A DNA stretch of 50,126 nt, from positions 1 through 50,126 of the IMG/VR virus record IMGVR_UViG_3300005921_000003; one strand, 5' to 3'. Below are positions 15,326 through 25,822 of this stretch, one piece after another. A program made the position numbers and the translations under genes. Each line of letters begins with the position of its first letter. Position 1 is the stretch's first letter. This DNA comes from a virus (lineage: Duplodnaviria > Caudoviricetes). The notes beneath the pieces were generated by a model. It was not told the DNA's origin, did not search any database, and saw nothing but the letters and a program-made list of their open reading frames with translations.

Positions 15326-18169
15326 ATGGATAACCTGATACCGGCTGGGTTTACTTGCCCGCGTTGTGGGCATTGGGTTCCTGGCGGCTATAAATGTGGA
15401 TGCAAGCCATGACCTACGATTACGTCGCCCGCGTCACGTTTGAGGCCGAGAGTGACCAGGATGCGCGCCAGGTCAAGGCTGGACTAAATACGGCGATTCT
15501 GCAAGGCGCGATAAACCTCGGGCGATCTACCGAACTGCAATCGAATCTCTACAATACGAGCGCACCCGATATGCCCGGTGGTGTCGAAGTAACGCCAGAA
15601 TCTCTGCCCGGATTCGACCGAAGTAATCCCGGATTCGACAACTCTAATGGGTTAGGAGGATAAACATGACCAGCAAACACCGACACCATTTCAAGGAACT
15701 GTGTGCTAGGTTCTTTCGTACCTCCGTGGTTAATCACCAAGTGGTACAAGCAGCTGGACCTTACAAGGTTTGCATAAAACTTTGCGCTTGCGGAGCGCAG
15801 CGATGAGTCTATTTTGGCCCCTAGTTGGAACCTTCGGAATCGCACTGCTCTACGTAGTTGCCATAAAACTCTTAGGCTGGATCGCAGTACTAAAATTTTA
15901 TGGCTCAGAACCGCTGGTCACAAAGGAGTCCGAGCCATGAAAGAGCCGCGGTTTTGGATTGGAGACTTTACCGAGCGCATCTACATGACCCACACCTGGC
16001 GCGAAAATAAGCAGCACCCTGGAATCTTTGAATGCACAGGCAAAAGGTTCGACGTGACAGATGGCGTCCTAGCGGTTGCAAGAAAACACGCCGCGCTTAA
16101 GGCTAAGCCGTCACAGCGCTCGGAACGCGATATAGAAACTGACGCGATAGCCGAGATGACAACACGCGACGACCCACATCGGCAATGCGCTTGCTCAACG
16201 CGAGAGATTTGCAACGAAGCGCGGGCTAAGGCCATTGCATGGTATGAATCCGAGAAGCCCTGGGTGACACCCGAAATGATGGTTGCTTATAAGGTCGGCT
16301 ATGCGGCCTGCCTAATGAAAGGGAGCAAGCCATGACAAATCCGCGCCAGGAGCCCGCTGATGGTGAGAAATGGATTGCTGCCGAGGATGTGGACCGGCTT
16401 TGCCGCGAGATGGACGTAGCCCTGAACGGCGAGGACGGCGCGGCACCGCAGGCTTCGCTCTGCGACATCGCGGCGCAAGTCATCGCCCAGGCACGTAAAG
16501 CAACGGTAGCCGCTGATAGTGACGCTCACCAAATGGCGGCGCGGTTGCGAGAAAGCGATTGGCGCGATGTTGATGAAACGCCCATCCTCAAAGAAGCCGC
16601 CAACTTCATCCTCACGCAAGATGCGAGAATCCGAGAACTAGAACAGGAAAAGAAATGAAACGAACCGATTTACTGAAATCTCTTGCCAAACTCCCGCTCT
16701 TGGGCGTACTATTGACGAGCACACACGTAGGTCAATGGGAGCCTGGAGAGTCCGAAGCTGCTGCCGATGGGGTGGAGCACGTATTCGCCGGGCTTACTCC
16801 TTTTGGTCGCTACTTCACAGTGCGCGGTTACGGGTGGCCGACGCTCCAAGAAATCAAGGACTTTGCGTTGACCGGATTCGACCGCCTGGAGATTTGGGAG
16901 AAGGGTCGCGTCATCTATCAGGACACGACTTGGCCGGGGCGCATACCTGCGGGCTGGCAATCCCTCGAACACGCTGGCTTCTTGCGATGACCCACACACC
17001 GCATGAGGCACAGCAAGCGGCAGAACTAGCATATCCCGACCCGCCAGATACGGGACTCTGGGAGCATACACTTGTGCGGATTTGCCGAGAGCACTTCATA
17101 GCCGGTTGGGAAGCCAAGGCCAAGAGCGTACACGTTACCGAGGCGATGGTGAGCGCCGCCATTAACGCTTACGGCCAGCGAGGAGCAAAACATGAGTGAT
17201 GCCCGCGAACTTGCGGCAGAACTTCTCGTTATTGACAGGGCTACCGCTCCGAAGTACGCATACGGGAACCCGTCAGTATTCAAGCAAGCCGCCGATATGC
17301 TCCTCGCGCAAGCAGCCACTATCGAAGCGCGTGACGCCGAAATACGCCTCCAGGCCGGTACGATCAACGAGCGCGATGCCACGCTTGCGCGGCTGACGGG
17401 GTACCGAGATGCGGCGCTGCACGAACTCGACACCGATGGCTCGCACCAATCTATAAGTCTGGCGACAAGAGTTCGCGCCGCAGTAGGAGGGGGCGAGTGA
17501 TGGCGCTGCAAGTCCTTGCGACCGCGCTGGCGTTGCTAATGGCTGGTGTGCGGTGAATTGCAAACAACTTCGAGCTAACGTCGCTTACGTCGCATACTGC
17601 ATGAAGCTACTGCGCGACAGCCCTGGGAGCTATGAGGCGGCTGCAGTCTGTGTGCCATTCGATAACTGGCTAGATTTTCTTGAAGGAAGAACGTATGCAC
17701 CGGAAGCTGGCGAGGTGTGGTCAGACGTTCAACAACCCAAGCGGAGGCATCATGGCTGAGCCGTTTGATTCAGCAAAGAACTACGTTGAGGAACACGTTT
17801 ACAACGATACGCAGAAAGGCGTGAGTGTAGCTGACCAGGTCATTGCGGCATATCTCGCGGGTCGAAACGACGCGCTTGAGCAACAGCCGTGACCGTCATC
17901 TTTCTGGCCTTGGCGATCTGGCTGTTCGGGTATGTTTGGCCGTATATCTATTACGCGGGCTATCAGCGGTGCCCGCCGCCGTGAAGGTCAGCGACGAGAT
18001 ACTCGACGCCGCGTGCGACGCTTTCGGATCCGTGCCTGAGTATGAGAGTGACCGCGCCGCCTTAAAGATTGCTTTGCAGACTGCTTTCGACCTTTTGCCT
18101 TCTTGCGCTTGTTGCCACGGAATAGCCGAGCCTCGTGAGCCATCTTCCGACACTTCGCCTTCTTCTTAG
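15326..18169 (+). other. Run of small hypothetical middle genes (e.g. 15409-15663, 15937-16335, 16332-16658, 16655-16990, 17192-17500, 17553-17759)
   Basis: Same-strand, ATGA-overlapping ORFs with no recognisable domains. Confidence 0.6.
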
Positions 18170-18238
18170 GGTCACGCCCAGCCGAACCGTAGCACCCGCG
18201 CACGGCGTTTAGGCTTTTCTGAGCGGATGCCCACGGCA

Positions 18239-18454
18239 TTATCGGCGCGCTGTGCGCTTCTTGGTGCGCTTGCGCTTGCGAACATTCAAGGCGAAGTTGG
18301 CTTTCTTGCCAACCGCGCCACCCTTCGCCTTATCCCGCTTCATCTCCGCAACGGTGTGGTGACCGTAAGATCCCTTCGTGCCTTTCTGAGCCATGCGCCG
18401 GGAGGCGGCTTGAATCCACTTGCCGCCTCGTTTCTTGCGCTTACGCGCGGCCAT
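18239..18454 (-). CDS. Small basic protein
   Basis: K/R-rich; KWIQ.A...KG..G...K.A.FALN pattern; last gene of the leftward arm. Confidence 0.65.
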   Translation of the reverse strand: MAARKRKKRGGKWIQAASRRMAQKGTKGSYGHHTVAEMKRDKAKGGAVGKKANFALNVRKRKRTKKRTARR

Positions 18455-18457
18455 TGG

Positions 18458-18655
18458 CTAGGCGCCGGTCCACGGAGCAACGGTGAGCGTTACGCCTTCG
18501 TTGCCGATGCGAACGGGTCCGACCGATCCTTGACCAGCTTCAAGCCCGGTTCCGAACTGAATGAGCCCTTGCGCGATCTGCGCCATGAACCCGGTCTTGA
18601 AGAAGATGCCGAGCAGCGTCCCGGCGATGATGAAATACTGTCCTAGTTGTGAAAT
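18458..18655 (-). CDS. 65-aa membrane protein with probable ATT start
   Basis: AGGAGG-N8-ATT; open frame fills the gap between flanking genes; hydrophobic N-terminus. Confidence 0.5.
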   Translation of the reverse strand: MSQLGQYFIIAGTLLGIFFKTGFMAQIAQGLIQFGTGLEAGQGSVGPVRIGNEGVTLTVAPWTGA

Positions 18656-18667
18656 TGTAGTACCCTC

Positions 18668-18943
18668 CTATGGGTTGCCTTTCGTTACCGCCACGATCGG
18701 CGGCGTCGATGTAGTAGTTACGTTGAGTGCTCCGTTTGCCGTTCCGTCCGGCCCGATGACCGGCATATCCGGCGTGATGGTCTTAGCGGGCGATGGGATG
18801 AGCGTATTGAGCAAAGCTGCCATAGCGATGACGACCGGCCCTGCCGAGGCCCACTTCGGGCCACCCAAGGCAAAGACGACCGTGAGCCCACCGCCCGCGA
18901 TGAACCCCAGCGCCTTCGACCATTGGATGGCCTTGAAGTTCAT
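18668..18943 (-). CDS. Holin-like membrane protein
   Basis: Two hydrophobic segments; lysis region. Confidence 0.5.
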   Translation of the reverse strand: MNFKAIQWSKALGFIAGGGLTVVFALGGPKWASAGPVVIAMAALLNTLIPSPAKTITPDMPVIGPDGTANGALNVTTTSTPPIVAVTKGNP

Positions 18944-19494
18944 TACGGGCCTTTGGGTACGTTAACGGCGTCGGCAACGTCGAGGAAGATGCTCGCCGGA
19001 GGTCCGACTACGACATCGCAAACCTGCGTTACCTGTGGCAGCCCGTCTGCGTCCGTGACCGTTATTGTGACGTTCTGCGCCGCGGTCGCGCCCGTTGCCA
19101 GAACCGCAGCTAACGCTCCCGCAAGCGGACCTGACGGCATGGTGCCGACTGACGGGGTGATCGACGGGTCGCTTGACGCTGCCGCAAACGTATCGCCCGC
19201 TTGAGGCGGAACGATATTTCCGAGGGCATCCTTGGTCTGAATCGCGACGTACTCCGTAGAGTTTACGGGAATCTCGAGATTTGGCATTGTGACTCCATTT
19301 CTAGTGATGATTGGTAATGCTAGCACTATGCGGACTGGGGGATTGTGGTCGCTGCCACTTTCGAGAAACCGGAGTATCCGCTTCTCCAGATTCTCGATCT
19401 TGTTTTGCTGAATAGAGTTGAAAATGAAAGCCAGGGCGGCCAGGAAGAACAGGGACGCGACCTGCCCGACTCCTACGATTACGTTGACGTTCAA
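18943..19494 (-). CDS. Membrane-anchored protein with Ig-like C-terminal domain
   Basis: N-terminal TM, short coil, beta-rich SSDPS domain; possible internal start at MPNLE. Confidence 0.5.
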   Translation of the reverse strand: MNVNVIVGVGQVASLFFLAALAFIFNSIQQNKIENLEKRILRFLESGSDHNPPVRIVLALPIITRNGVTMPNLEIPVNSTEYVAIQTKDALGNIVPPQAGDTFAAASSDPSITPSVGTMPSGPLAGALAAVLATGATAAQNVTITVTDADGLPQVTQVCDVVVGPPASIFLDVADAVNVPKGP

Positions 19495-19579
19495 GACGAC
19501 ACTCCAAAGAGCGGCGCGGCGAGGTATAGCGCTTCAGCCATCGCTATCAAGAATAGCACGGCCCACTCCTCCTCGTCGG

Positions 19580-20323
19580 TCATGGTGTCTCCGGGCCATC
19601 CAGGCCCCAAAAATCTACGCCAGGCCGATTCAAGAGGTTGGCCTTGATATTATGGACCTGAGAGCGAAGCCACGATGCCGAGGCTTTGCAATTGGCGACG
19701 TTGACGCCGTTCGATATGTAGGCCGGGTCTAGCAGGGCAAGGTCCCAGCGCGAGTCGGGGTCGCCGCTTCCGACAAAGTACCCGAACTCGTCCGAGGCGG
19801 CTTGCGATGATGCCGCGCCACCGGGAACACCGTAGTCCACGGTTTGAATCGCCCGCTCGCCGTGGGTTGACACGACGTAAATCGGCCCGTTCTGAAGTTG
19901 CGCCGCCACGCTTGTTGGGAACGATTCGGCTGAATCGATGCTTTTGAGTTGGCAAATCCGGGCTATGATTCCAGCGTGAATCCAAGCGTGCGCGATCGTG
20001 TACGGGTTATCGCCAAAGTCGTCTGTGGTTGCCCGATCCATGCACATCGCGGCCACCTCGATATTTGAGGAGCCGTCGCGAGGGTCGGTGTTGAGGTCCC
20101 AAGTGCCGTAATCGTTCGGAGTTGAGAGCGAATCGTTTTTCCAAATGGCGAATTGCTGCCCGAGAGTCGCCCACGGAACGAGCCAAAACCCATTCGGGTT
20201 GTCGTGTAGTAGCCGCAGATTGTGCAGGTCGTATGGCGTGAATGTTCCGGTCAGCGCGAACTCCACATGGTAGGCGCGCAAGCGAACCGGAGGCGATGCC
20301 GACCAATGCCCGGTGACAAGCAC
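19580..20323 (-). CDS. Endolysin, N-acetylmuramoyl-L-alanine amidase-like
   Basis: HWSA...YH, IEVAAMCM, FG, V.THGE.A, RWDL motifs; flanked by membrane proteins. Confidence 0.65.
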   Translation of the reverse strand: MLVTGHWSASPPVRLRAYHVEFALTGTFTPYDLHNLRLLHDNPNGFWLVPWATLGQQFAIWKNDSLSTPNDYGTWDLNTDPRDGSSNIEVAAMCMDRATTDDFGDNPYTIAHAWIHAGIIARICQLKSIDSAESFPTSVAAQLQNGPIYVVSTHGERAIQTVDYGVPGGAASSQAASDEFGYFVGSGDPDSRWDLALLDPAYISNGVNVANCKASASWLRSQVHNIKANLLNRPGVDFWGLDGPETP

Positions 20324-20643
20324 TACGATTGCGGCCCTTGCGATGGAATCGCTACGGCTACGACTTCGGGTTTTGGAGCGAGAGCCGTCATAAGCGCCGT
20401 GACCTGCGTTTGGAGATGTTGGTTTTGGATCCTCAGATCGGCGTTCACGGATTGCTCCGACACAACTTCTTGCTGTTTGGCCGCGAGGTTGCTGTTGACG
20501 GTCGTATGGATGATGTCGAGCTTGGCGTTACCTTGCGAGATTCGCGCGGTCATCAACGCACCGAACACGATGACAACCAATCCGATGACCCCGTTGACGG
20601 CTAGATAGAGCCACGGTAGCCACGAAGTGTAATCAACCGTCAT
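20323..20643 (-). CDS. Holin-like TM + coiled-coil protein
   Basis: N-terminal TM, IH..VNS motif, coiled coil; adjacent to the endolysin. Confidence 0.55.
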   Translation of the reverse strand: MTVDYTSWLPWLYLAVNGVIGLVVIVFGALMTARISQGNAKLDIIHTTVNSNLAAKQQEVVSEQSVNADLRIQNQHLQTQVTALMTALAPKPEVVAVAIPSQGPQS

Positions 20644-20759
20644 CGTCTGCCGTTTCGTTTCATTGCCACGGCAAAGAAGGCCAAGCCCGCAAGGAGCGCG
20701 AGCAATCCAAGGAAGGCAACTGTCGCTGCGATAGGCAGCGCGGCGTCAGAGTTCGGCAC
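20640..20759 (-). CDS. 39-aa single-TM peptide
   Basis: MPNSDAALPIAATVAFLGLLALLAGLAFFAVAMKRNGRR; ATGA overlap with the next gene. Confidence 0.5.
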   Translation of the reverse strand: MPNSDAALPIAATVAFLGLLALLAGLAFFAVAMKRNGRR

Positions 20760-20760
20760 A

Positions 20761-20928
20761 TTACCGACTTAGGTGCAAGGCTGGCCCGAACACTTTCCAG
20801 CCGAGGATAAGGATAAGGATGAACGGAACGCCCCACGAGTACGGGGCAAACTGTGCGTTGCGTGAACTCCAAAATCCAAATACGAGGCAAACGATTGCCA
20901 AAATCCAAAACAGCAAACCAAGATCCAT
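20761..20928 (-). CDS. 55-aa two-TM membrane protein
   Basis: GGAG RBS; MDLGLLFWIL...ILILILGWKVFG. Confidence 0.65.
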   Translation of the reverse strand: MDLGLLFWILAIVCLVFGFWSSRNAQFAPYSWGVPFILILILGWKVFGPALHLSR

Positions 20929-20957
20929 TATAATTTCTCCTTTAGTCCGAGTGTCAT

Positions 20958-21368
20958 TTATATCCCCTCACAGGTGAAGGCGTAGTTGATCGTTGTGTTG
21001 GCCGGAATCGTCAGGCCGCTGGTATTGAGGAACGACCAGGCCACCTGGTTTCCGCTCAGAGGGTGCGCGTCCATCTCGACCGAGAAGTACACGACGCCGA
21101 TTTGCGTTGCCTGGCACGCATAGTAAGCGTTGCTAAACTGAGCCGCCGGAGGCCACGTTTTGTACGTCGTGAACAGACACTCGGCCAGCGGCGCGCAATC
21201 CGAGGCCGTAACCAGCGACGTGTGGTCGTGTATGACATGGAAGGTGGAGCCACAAAGCGTCCCGCTGTCGGTGTAGCACGGCAGCGTTCCGCTCGCCGCG
21301 TTTCGGATGTTCGGAGCGTGGAAGATGCCAAGAAGCGCGAGGGCTAGGAAGAGGCTAGTGAATCGCAT
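20958..21368 (-). CDS. Signal-peptide-bearing, Cys-rich beta protein (fibre-tip/lectin-like)
   Basis: MRFTSLFLALALLG signal, six Cys, ends FTCEG. Confidence 0.55.
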   Translation of the reverse strand: MRFTSLFLALALLGIFHAPNIRNAASGTLPCYTDSGTLCGSTFHVIHDHTSLVTASDCAPLAECLFTTYKTWPPAAQFSNAYYACQATQIGVVYFSVEMDAHPLSGNQVAWSFLNTSGLTIPANTTINYAFTCEGI

Positions 21369-22908
21369 AGAACACCACGAACTTGCCCGCTGTTGTCGTG
21401 CCAGCCGTGACGCCGCAGAAGTTATAGGCCGTTGCGTTGTTTGGAATAATTAATGGAACTGCTGCTGGCGGCGGCATCCCCACGACACCAGAGGCGGCCA
21501 GCATGCCGCCAGCCCACCCGTTTAGCCAGCCTCCGCTCGTTGTACCCGGCGCCGTCGGAGCAGGCAAGAGTGTTACCGTGTTGGTCTGACAGGTCGCGCC
21601 TTGACCGTATTCATACTGAATGGTGTTAGTCGCGTTAGTTCCAGTACTCTGCCAAGTTGCAAGGCAAATATAAATGGACTGATTAGTTACTCCCGTTATG
21701 AGAAGCGTTGTAACGGCGGTTGAAATTGCCGCACTATTTGCAAACGTGTCACAGATCGGGGAAACGTAGGTCGCGCCGGTGCCGTACAGAATCGGTTGCA
21801 CGCCAGCCCACCCGCCGGGCGTAGCGGTTGGAAGAGTTACGCCAGGAGGGGGGGTTACCACCGGAATCGGCGAGGCGTTATCAACCGTCATGTGTAGGTT
21901 GGTTCCGGTTGCTTGACCGACGACCCACGGGCTCGTCACCTGAGAGGCGTTGACCGGGCAGTTAGTCGCAGCGGCACAACTCACCGGGGTCGTCGCAGCG
22001 GGGGCTGCGGCCTGAACGGTGTTCAGGAATCCCGATGAAGTGTTCGTGCAGGTATAGACTCCGTTGATCGGCGCGGGTGCCGTGCTCGGGCAAACCTGAA
22101 CGGTTCCAGGGAATAGACCCGGAGAAACCGTCGGAGCGGGAGCGGGAGTAGTTACCGGAATGGTCGCGGATGGATTCGGAATGTCTACATCCATCGCACC
22201 ATTTGAATCGCATTGATTCGCAATCGCGTTCCCCGCGGTCACGTTCGGGGTGGCCCCCGCTGGGACCATACAGGCGTTAAAGACAAAACTGTAAGGCGCT
22301 AGCGCTGGTGCTGCCGCTCCAGCCGACGCCGTTGGAAGCGGACCGGATGAAGGCGTTGCGGCAGCGCCAGGAGCCGCAGTATTGACGACCCATGGAGATG
22401 TTCCCTGAGTTACGACGCACCCTGGCGAGGCGCACGTAACGGTCGTGCTTCCACCGCCTCCGCCGCCCGGAGTCGGAGCCGCGGCAATCGCGCCGGAAGC
22501 CTTAAACGTAATGGTGACGCTCTGAGAGCCCCAGGTTGAGTCCGGGGCAATCTGCACGCAGTCCGCGTTGAGCGGCGTCACCTGATAAACCGTGCCAGAG
22601 GTCGGAGTAAACGGCTGCGCCTGAGTCGCGCCAGAAACGGTGCTAATCGTAGCAGGCGTCCAGCTAAACCCGTCGTTGCTAACCTGCGCGTCGATCGGCC
22701 CGGCACCCGTGGCCTGAAAGGTCGCCGAATTCTCGCCCCTCAACCCGCAGGCCCGGAGCGGCGGACTACCCGCGCTGGTAAAGGTCTGTGAGATTGGGCC
22801 GATTGCGGCGCTCTGCGCCTGCAGGGGCATCGGAGGCCATGTCCCGGCCACCAGCGCCAAGATGAGCGCGCTGACCGCAACGGGCAGGGCAAAGCGACGG
22901 ATATTCAT
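21355..22908 (-). CDS. Signal-peptide-bearing Pro/Thr-rich fibre-like protein
   Basis: GAGGAGG RBS, ATG 22908; Sec-type signal; repeated QxTSPWVV. Confidence 0.6.
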   Translation of the reverse strand: MNIRRFALPVAVSALILALVAGTWPPMPLQAQSAAIGPISQTFTSAGSPPLRACGLRGENSATFQATGAGPIDAQVSNDGFSWTPATISTVSGATQAQPFTPTSGTVYQVTPLNADCVQIAPDSTWGSQSVTITFKASGAIAAAPTPGGGGGGSTTVTCASPGCVVTQGTSPWVVNTAAPGAAATPSSGPLPTASAGAAAPALAPYSFVFNACMVPAGATPNVTAGNAIANQCDSNGAMDVDIPNPSATIPVTTPAPAPTVSPGLFPGTVQVCPSTAPAPINGVYTCTNTSSGFLNTVQAAAPAATTPVSCAAATNCPVNASQVTSPWVVGQATGTNLHMTVDNASPIPVVTPPPGVTLPTATPGGWAGVQPILYGTGATYVSPICDTFANSAAISTAVTTLLITGVTNQSIYICLATWQSTGTNATNTIQYEYGQGATCQTNTVTLLPAPTAPGTTSGGWLNGWAGGMLAASGVVGMPPPAAVPLIIPNNATAYNFCGVTAGTTTAGKFVVFYAIH

Positions 22909-22939
22909 TCGGACCTCCTCGCGTAGTTTAACATGGGGG

Positions 22940-25822
22940 TTACTTCGTAAAATCCATCCCGCCACCAGGGCGAGGCGTCGCAACTGGTAACGGGGTAGGA
23001 GCAGGCTGCGGTGGAGTGTATTGCGCGCGCATACCCTGCCGCATGGCCTCATTGAGAAGGCCCCTCCATTGGAACCGACTCATGCCGTTGGCCTCCAAAA
23101 TCGTTTGAGCTTGTGGAATTCCCGAAAGCGCCGACATGAGCAAGAAGCCAAAATCAAGGTTCCCGTTCGGGAGACGCTTCGGTAGCCACGCTTGGCCGTA
23201 GGTCGCCCAATGCGACGGTTTAAGACCTGGGGCGAGGATGTCCTGTGCCGCGTTGAGCCCTGCAGCAATCGGGATCCCGAGCGAACCTCTAAGGTAGTCC
23301 CCAACTCCGGACACTGGAAAAGTTCGACCGCTGGTGCTTGTTTCTGATCCGAAGTTAAAGAGACGCCCCACCTCGGCCGTCGGCATGAATGCTTCCCAGC
23401 CTGGTTGCCCCGGCTCAGGCTTATCGCCATACATCACGCCGCCTGTCGCGCGGTTGAGCGTTGCGGCCTGGAACGGTCGGCGTAACACGCCACCAGCCAC
23501 CGCTCCAGGGATTCCTCCGCGGTAGGTCCCGAACGGAGCGATATACCGCATCCCCTTCTGCAAGGGCGTACGGTACTGATAATCAACGAGCCGTTTTTCG
23601 GCAAGGCCACCGGCGCGTAGTCCCTGCGCTTCACCGTGTTCAACGAGATACTCAGCATACTTTTGACGGATCGCTTCCGATACGGCCCACACGAGATTGT
23701 TATTCAGCTTCGACCATTTGCTGAGTATCGGGACAGACTTGCCACCGACGCCTGGGACCCATTCGGGGAACTGCTGGAAAAATGGCTTGCGCTCTGAGAA
23801 CGAGCCTACGCCCGCTCCGAGCTTTCTTCCTGGAGCGGTAAGACTCGCATACTCTTTGAGGTCGCCGCTATTCTGCGCCTTAAAGATTTTGGCACCTAGG
23901 GCGATAACATCTTTGAAGAACTTCGGCTGATGTTCGATTGGAACGACGTTCATCGCCATGTTGGCTTCGTTCCAAGCGTGACCAGGCGACAAGGACACAA
24001 GCGCTGCACGAGGCAAGCCTACCGCAGCTCGCATAATATCCCCAGCCCATTGTTCGGGAGTACGACGCTTCCCGGTTGCTCGGACTTCACTCCCAAAGAG
24101 TTTTTCTATTTCGGGGTCGTTCAATAGTTCCGGAATCGCTTCGTTCAGAACGCGCGTTTGAACCTGACGGTTAAGGTTCGGAGCTAGGCCCTTCTTGAAC
24201 CCTCGTTCAAGTTGCTTAGCGTTTCTGAACTTAACGTCAGGGCGCTCGTTCGTTAAACGTGGGTTTCTAAGCTCAGCAGGATTAGAACTGTATCCTTCAC
24301 GGCCTAAAGGATCACCGAGATCCTCGTGAGCCATCGGCATATAGTTTTGACGAAAATGAACGAGTCCGCCCTCTTGCTGTTTGCTAACGACGCCGAGCAC
24401 TTTGAGATACGCTTCGCGGACCTTCTCCATCCGTTCAATCTCGGCTTGGTTTTTGGGAACCATATTGTAGCGCGGTGCGGGGGGCAACTCGCGAACCTCG
24501 TCTCCACCCGCACCGGAATACTTCTTTCGTAGGGCTTCCTGAACGTATCCAAGCCGATCGGACAGATGCTCCGGCAACTTCTTGGCAAGCTCCAGACCCG
24601 TCAACGCCTTACTGAAGGCGGCTTTATCCTCCGGCGTCATATCAGCAGTCACGGTATCGTAGGCCACCTTGGGATCCACCAAGGGCTGCTCGAACGGAAC
24701 GACCCTCTGGCGCGGCTGAGGCTCGCCATACGGCGTCCTTACGCGCTCTCCAGGCTCAGGTACGACAGGCTCTTTTCCTGACTTAAAATAGGACGCCACC
24801 TCGTCGCGTAACGACGCATCTGGAATCTGAGTCCGTAACGCATAAGCAGTTATTGCACGCTGGCCTTCATGGAAGTCCATTGCGGTGAGCGAACGCAGTA
24901 GACGATATGCCGTCTGTTCACGAGGCGTCATTGGCTTTAGCGGTACGTGCTCACTATAACGCGCTTCCCCGTCAAGCTGCTGAATGACGCGGAGTTTCTC
25001 TGCGTCGGTCAGCGCTGCTCCGGGTTCCTTGACGGTCATCTTGACGGGCCGACCGTTTTTGTTCTTGAGGGTTTTCTGCTTGACTCCGTTCACGATCTCA
25101 TCAATGCGACGGTCAACGTGTTGCTCCCAGCGCTGCCCTTCAGCCGTTGCCGAGTGTCCAGCACCCTGAGCCGTTTCGACGTCCGCTAAGCCTTTGCCAA
25201 TATCGCCGGCAGCGGCTCCACGTGCAGCGGCAACCGTTCCGCCCCACGGCCCAAGATACTTATAGATGAGTTTTCCAGCGTGAGTATTGTTCAAAACCTT
25301 GGCAACACCAGCACGGGCAGTAGCGCGTAGTCCCGTTACCGCCGCAGTCTTACCGAGAGCACCTCCCCCAAAGGTTTCCCACGTAAGCGGGTCGAGCGGC
25401 AACCACATGGCCGCGTCGATAAGGTTGTTTCCAAGTTCATTTGCCTTGTGCTGAAATGCGTCCAAGGGTTTGATTCCGGTATCCGGAGCGTGCCAATCGT
25501 GCAGCGCTTGAAGCGGAGGAATCTTATGGCGCAACGCCTCTGTCTGAGCCTCGTAGCCGGTTTTACCCGTGTATAAACGAGCCGTACGTTCACGCTGAAA
25601 GTCAAGTGCTTGGGAGGCTCCAGTTACCAGCTTCCCCGCGGCTGCCGTTGCCTGGTCGCCGAGTGGATCTGACGCTTCTGCCATGTGGTGAAAGCGCCGA
25701 AATCCGACCGGATCAAGAAACGGGTTCGGCCCTGTTGGCGGAGTCGTCGCGCTTGGTGCTGTGCCAAGAGTAGGCGGCTTGGTCGCCGTTGGAGTCGGAG
25801 CATCTTTTGTAAAGTCCGTCAT
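22940..25822 (-). CDS. Large internal virion (DNA ejection) protein
   Basis: 960 aa, helical composition, last of the podoviral ejection cluster; position-based call. Confidence 0.55.
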   Translation of the reverse strand: MTDFTKDAPTPTATKPPTLGTAPSATTPPTGPNPFLDPVGFRRFHHMAEASDPLGDQATAAAGKLVTGASQALDFQRERTARLYTGKTGYEAQTEALRHKIPPLQALHDWHAPDTGIKPLDAFQHKANELGNNLIDAAMWLPLDPLTWETFGGGALGKTAAVTGLRATARAGVAKVLNNTHAGKLIYKYLGPWGGTVAAARGAAAGDIGKGLADVETAQGAGHSATAEGQRWEQHVDRRIDEIVNGVKQKTLKNKNGRPVKMTVKEPGAALTDAEKLRVIQQLDGEARYSEHVPLKPMTPREQTAYRLLRSLTAMDFHEGQRAITAYALRTQIPDASLRDEVASYFKSGKEPVVPEPGERVRTPYGEPQPRQRVVPFEQPLVDPKVAYDTVTADMTPEDKAAFSKALTGLELAKKLPEHLSDRLGYVQEALRKKYSGAGGDEVRELPPAPRYNMVPKNQAEIERMEKVREAYLKVLGVVSKQQEGGLVHFRQNYMPMAHEDLGDPLGREGYSSNPAELRNPRLTNERPDVKFRNAKQLERGFKKGLAPNLNRQVQTRVLNEAIPELLNDPEIEKLFGSEVRATGKRRTPEQWAGDIMRAAVGLPRAALVSLSPGHAWNEANMAMNVVPIEHQPKFFKDVIALGAKIFKAQNSGDLKEYASLTAPGRKLGAGVGSFSERKPFFQQFPEWVPGVGGKSVPILSKWSKLNNNLVWAVSEAIRQKYAEYLVEHGEAQGLRAGGLAEKRLVDYQYRTPLQKGMRYIAPFGTYRGGIPGAVAGGVLRRPFQAATLNRATGGVMYGDKPEPGQPGWEAFMPTAEVGRLFNFGSETSTSGRTFPVSGVGDYLRGSLGIPIAAGLNAAQDILAPGLKPSHWATYGQAWLPKRLPNGNLDFGFLLMSALSGIPQAQTILEANGMSRFQWRGLLNEAMRQGMRAQYTPPQPAPTPLPVATPRPGGGMDFTK

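Noticed and set aside
15607-15648. 21-bp imperfect tandem duplication (PGFDRSN/PGFDNSN)
   Set aside because: Only two units, in frame in a protein tail; ordinary slippage
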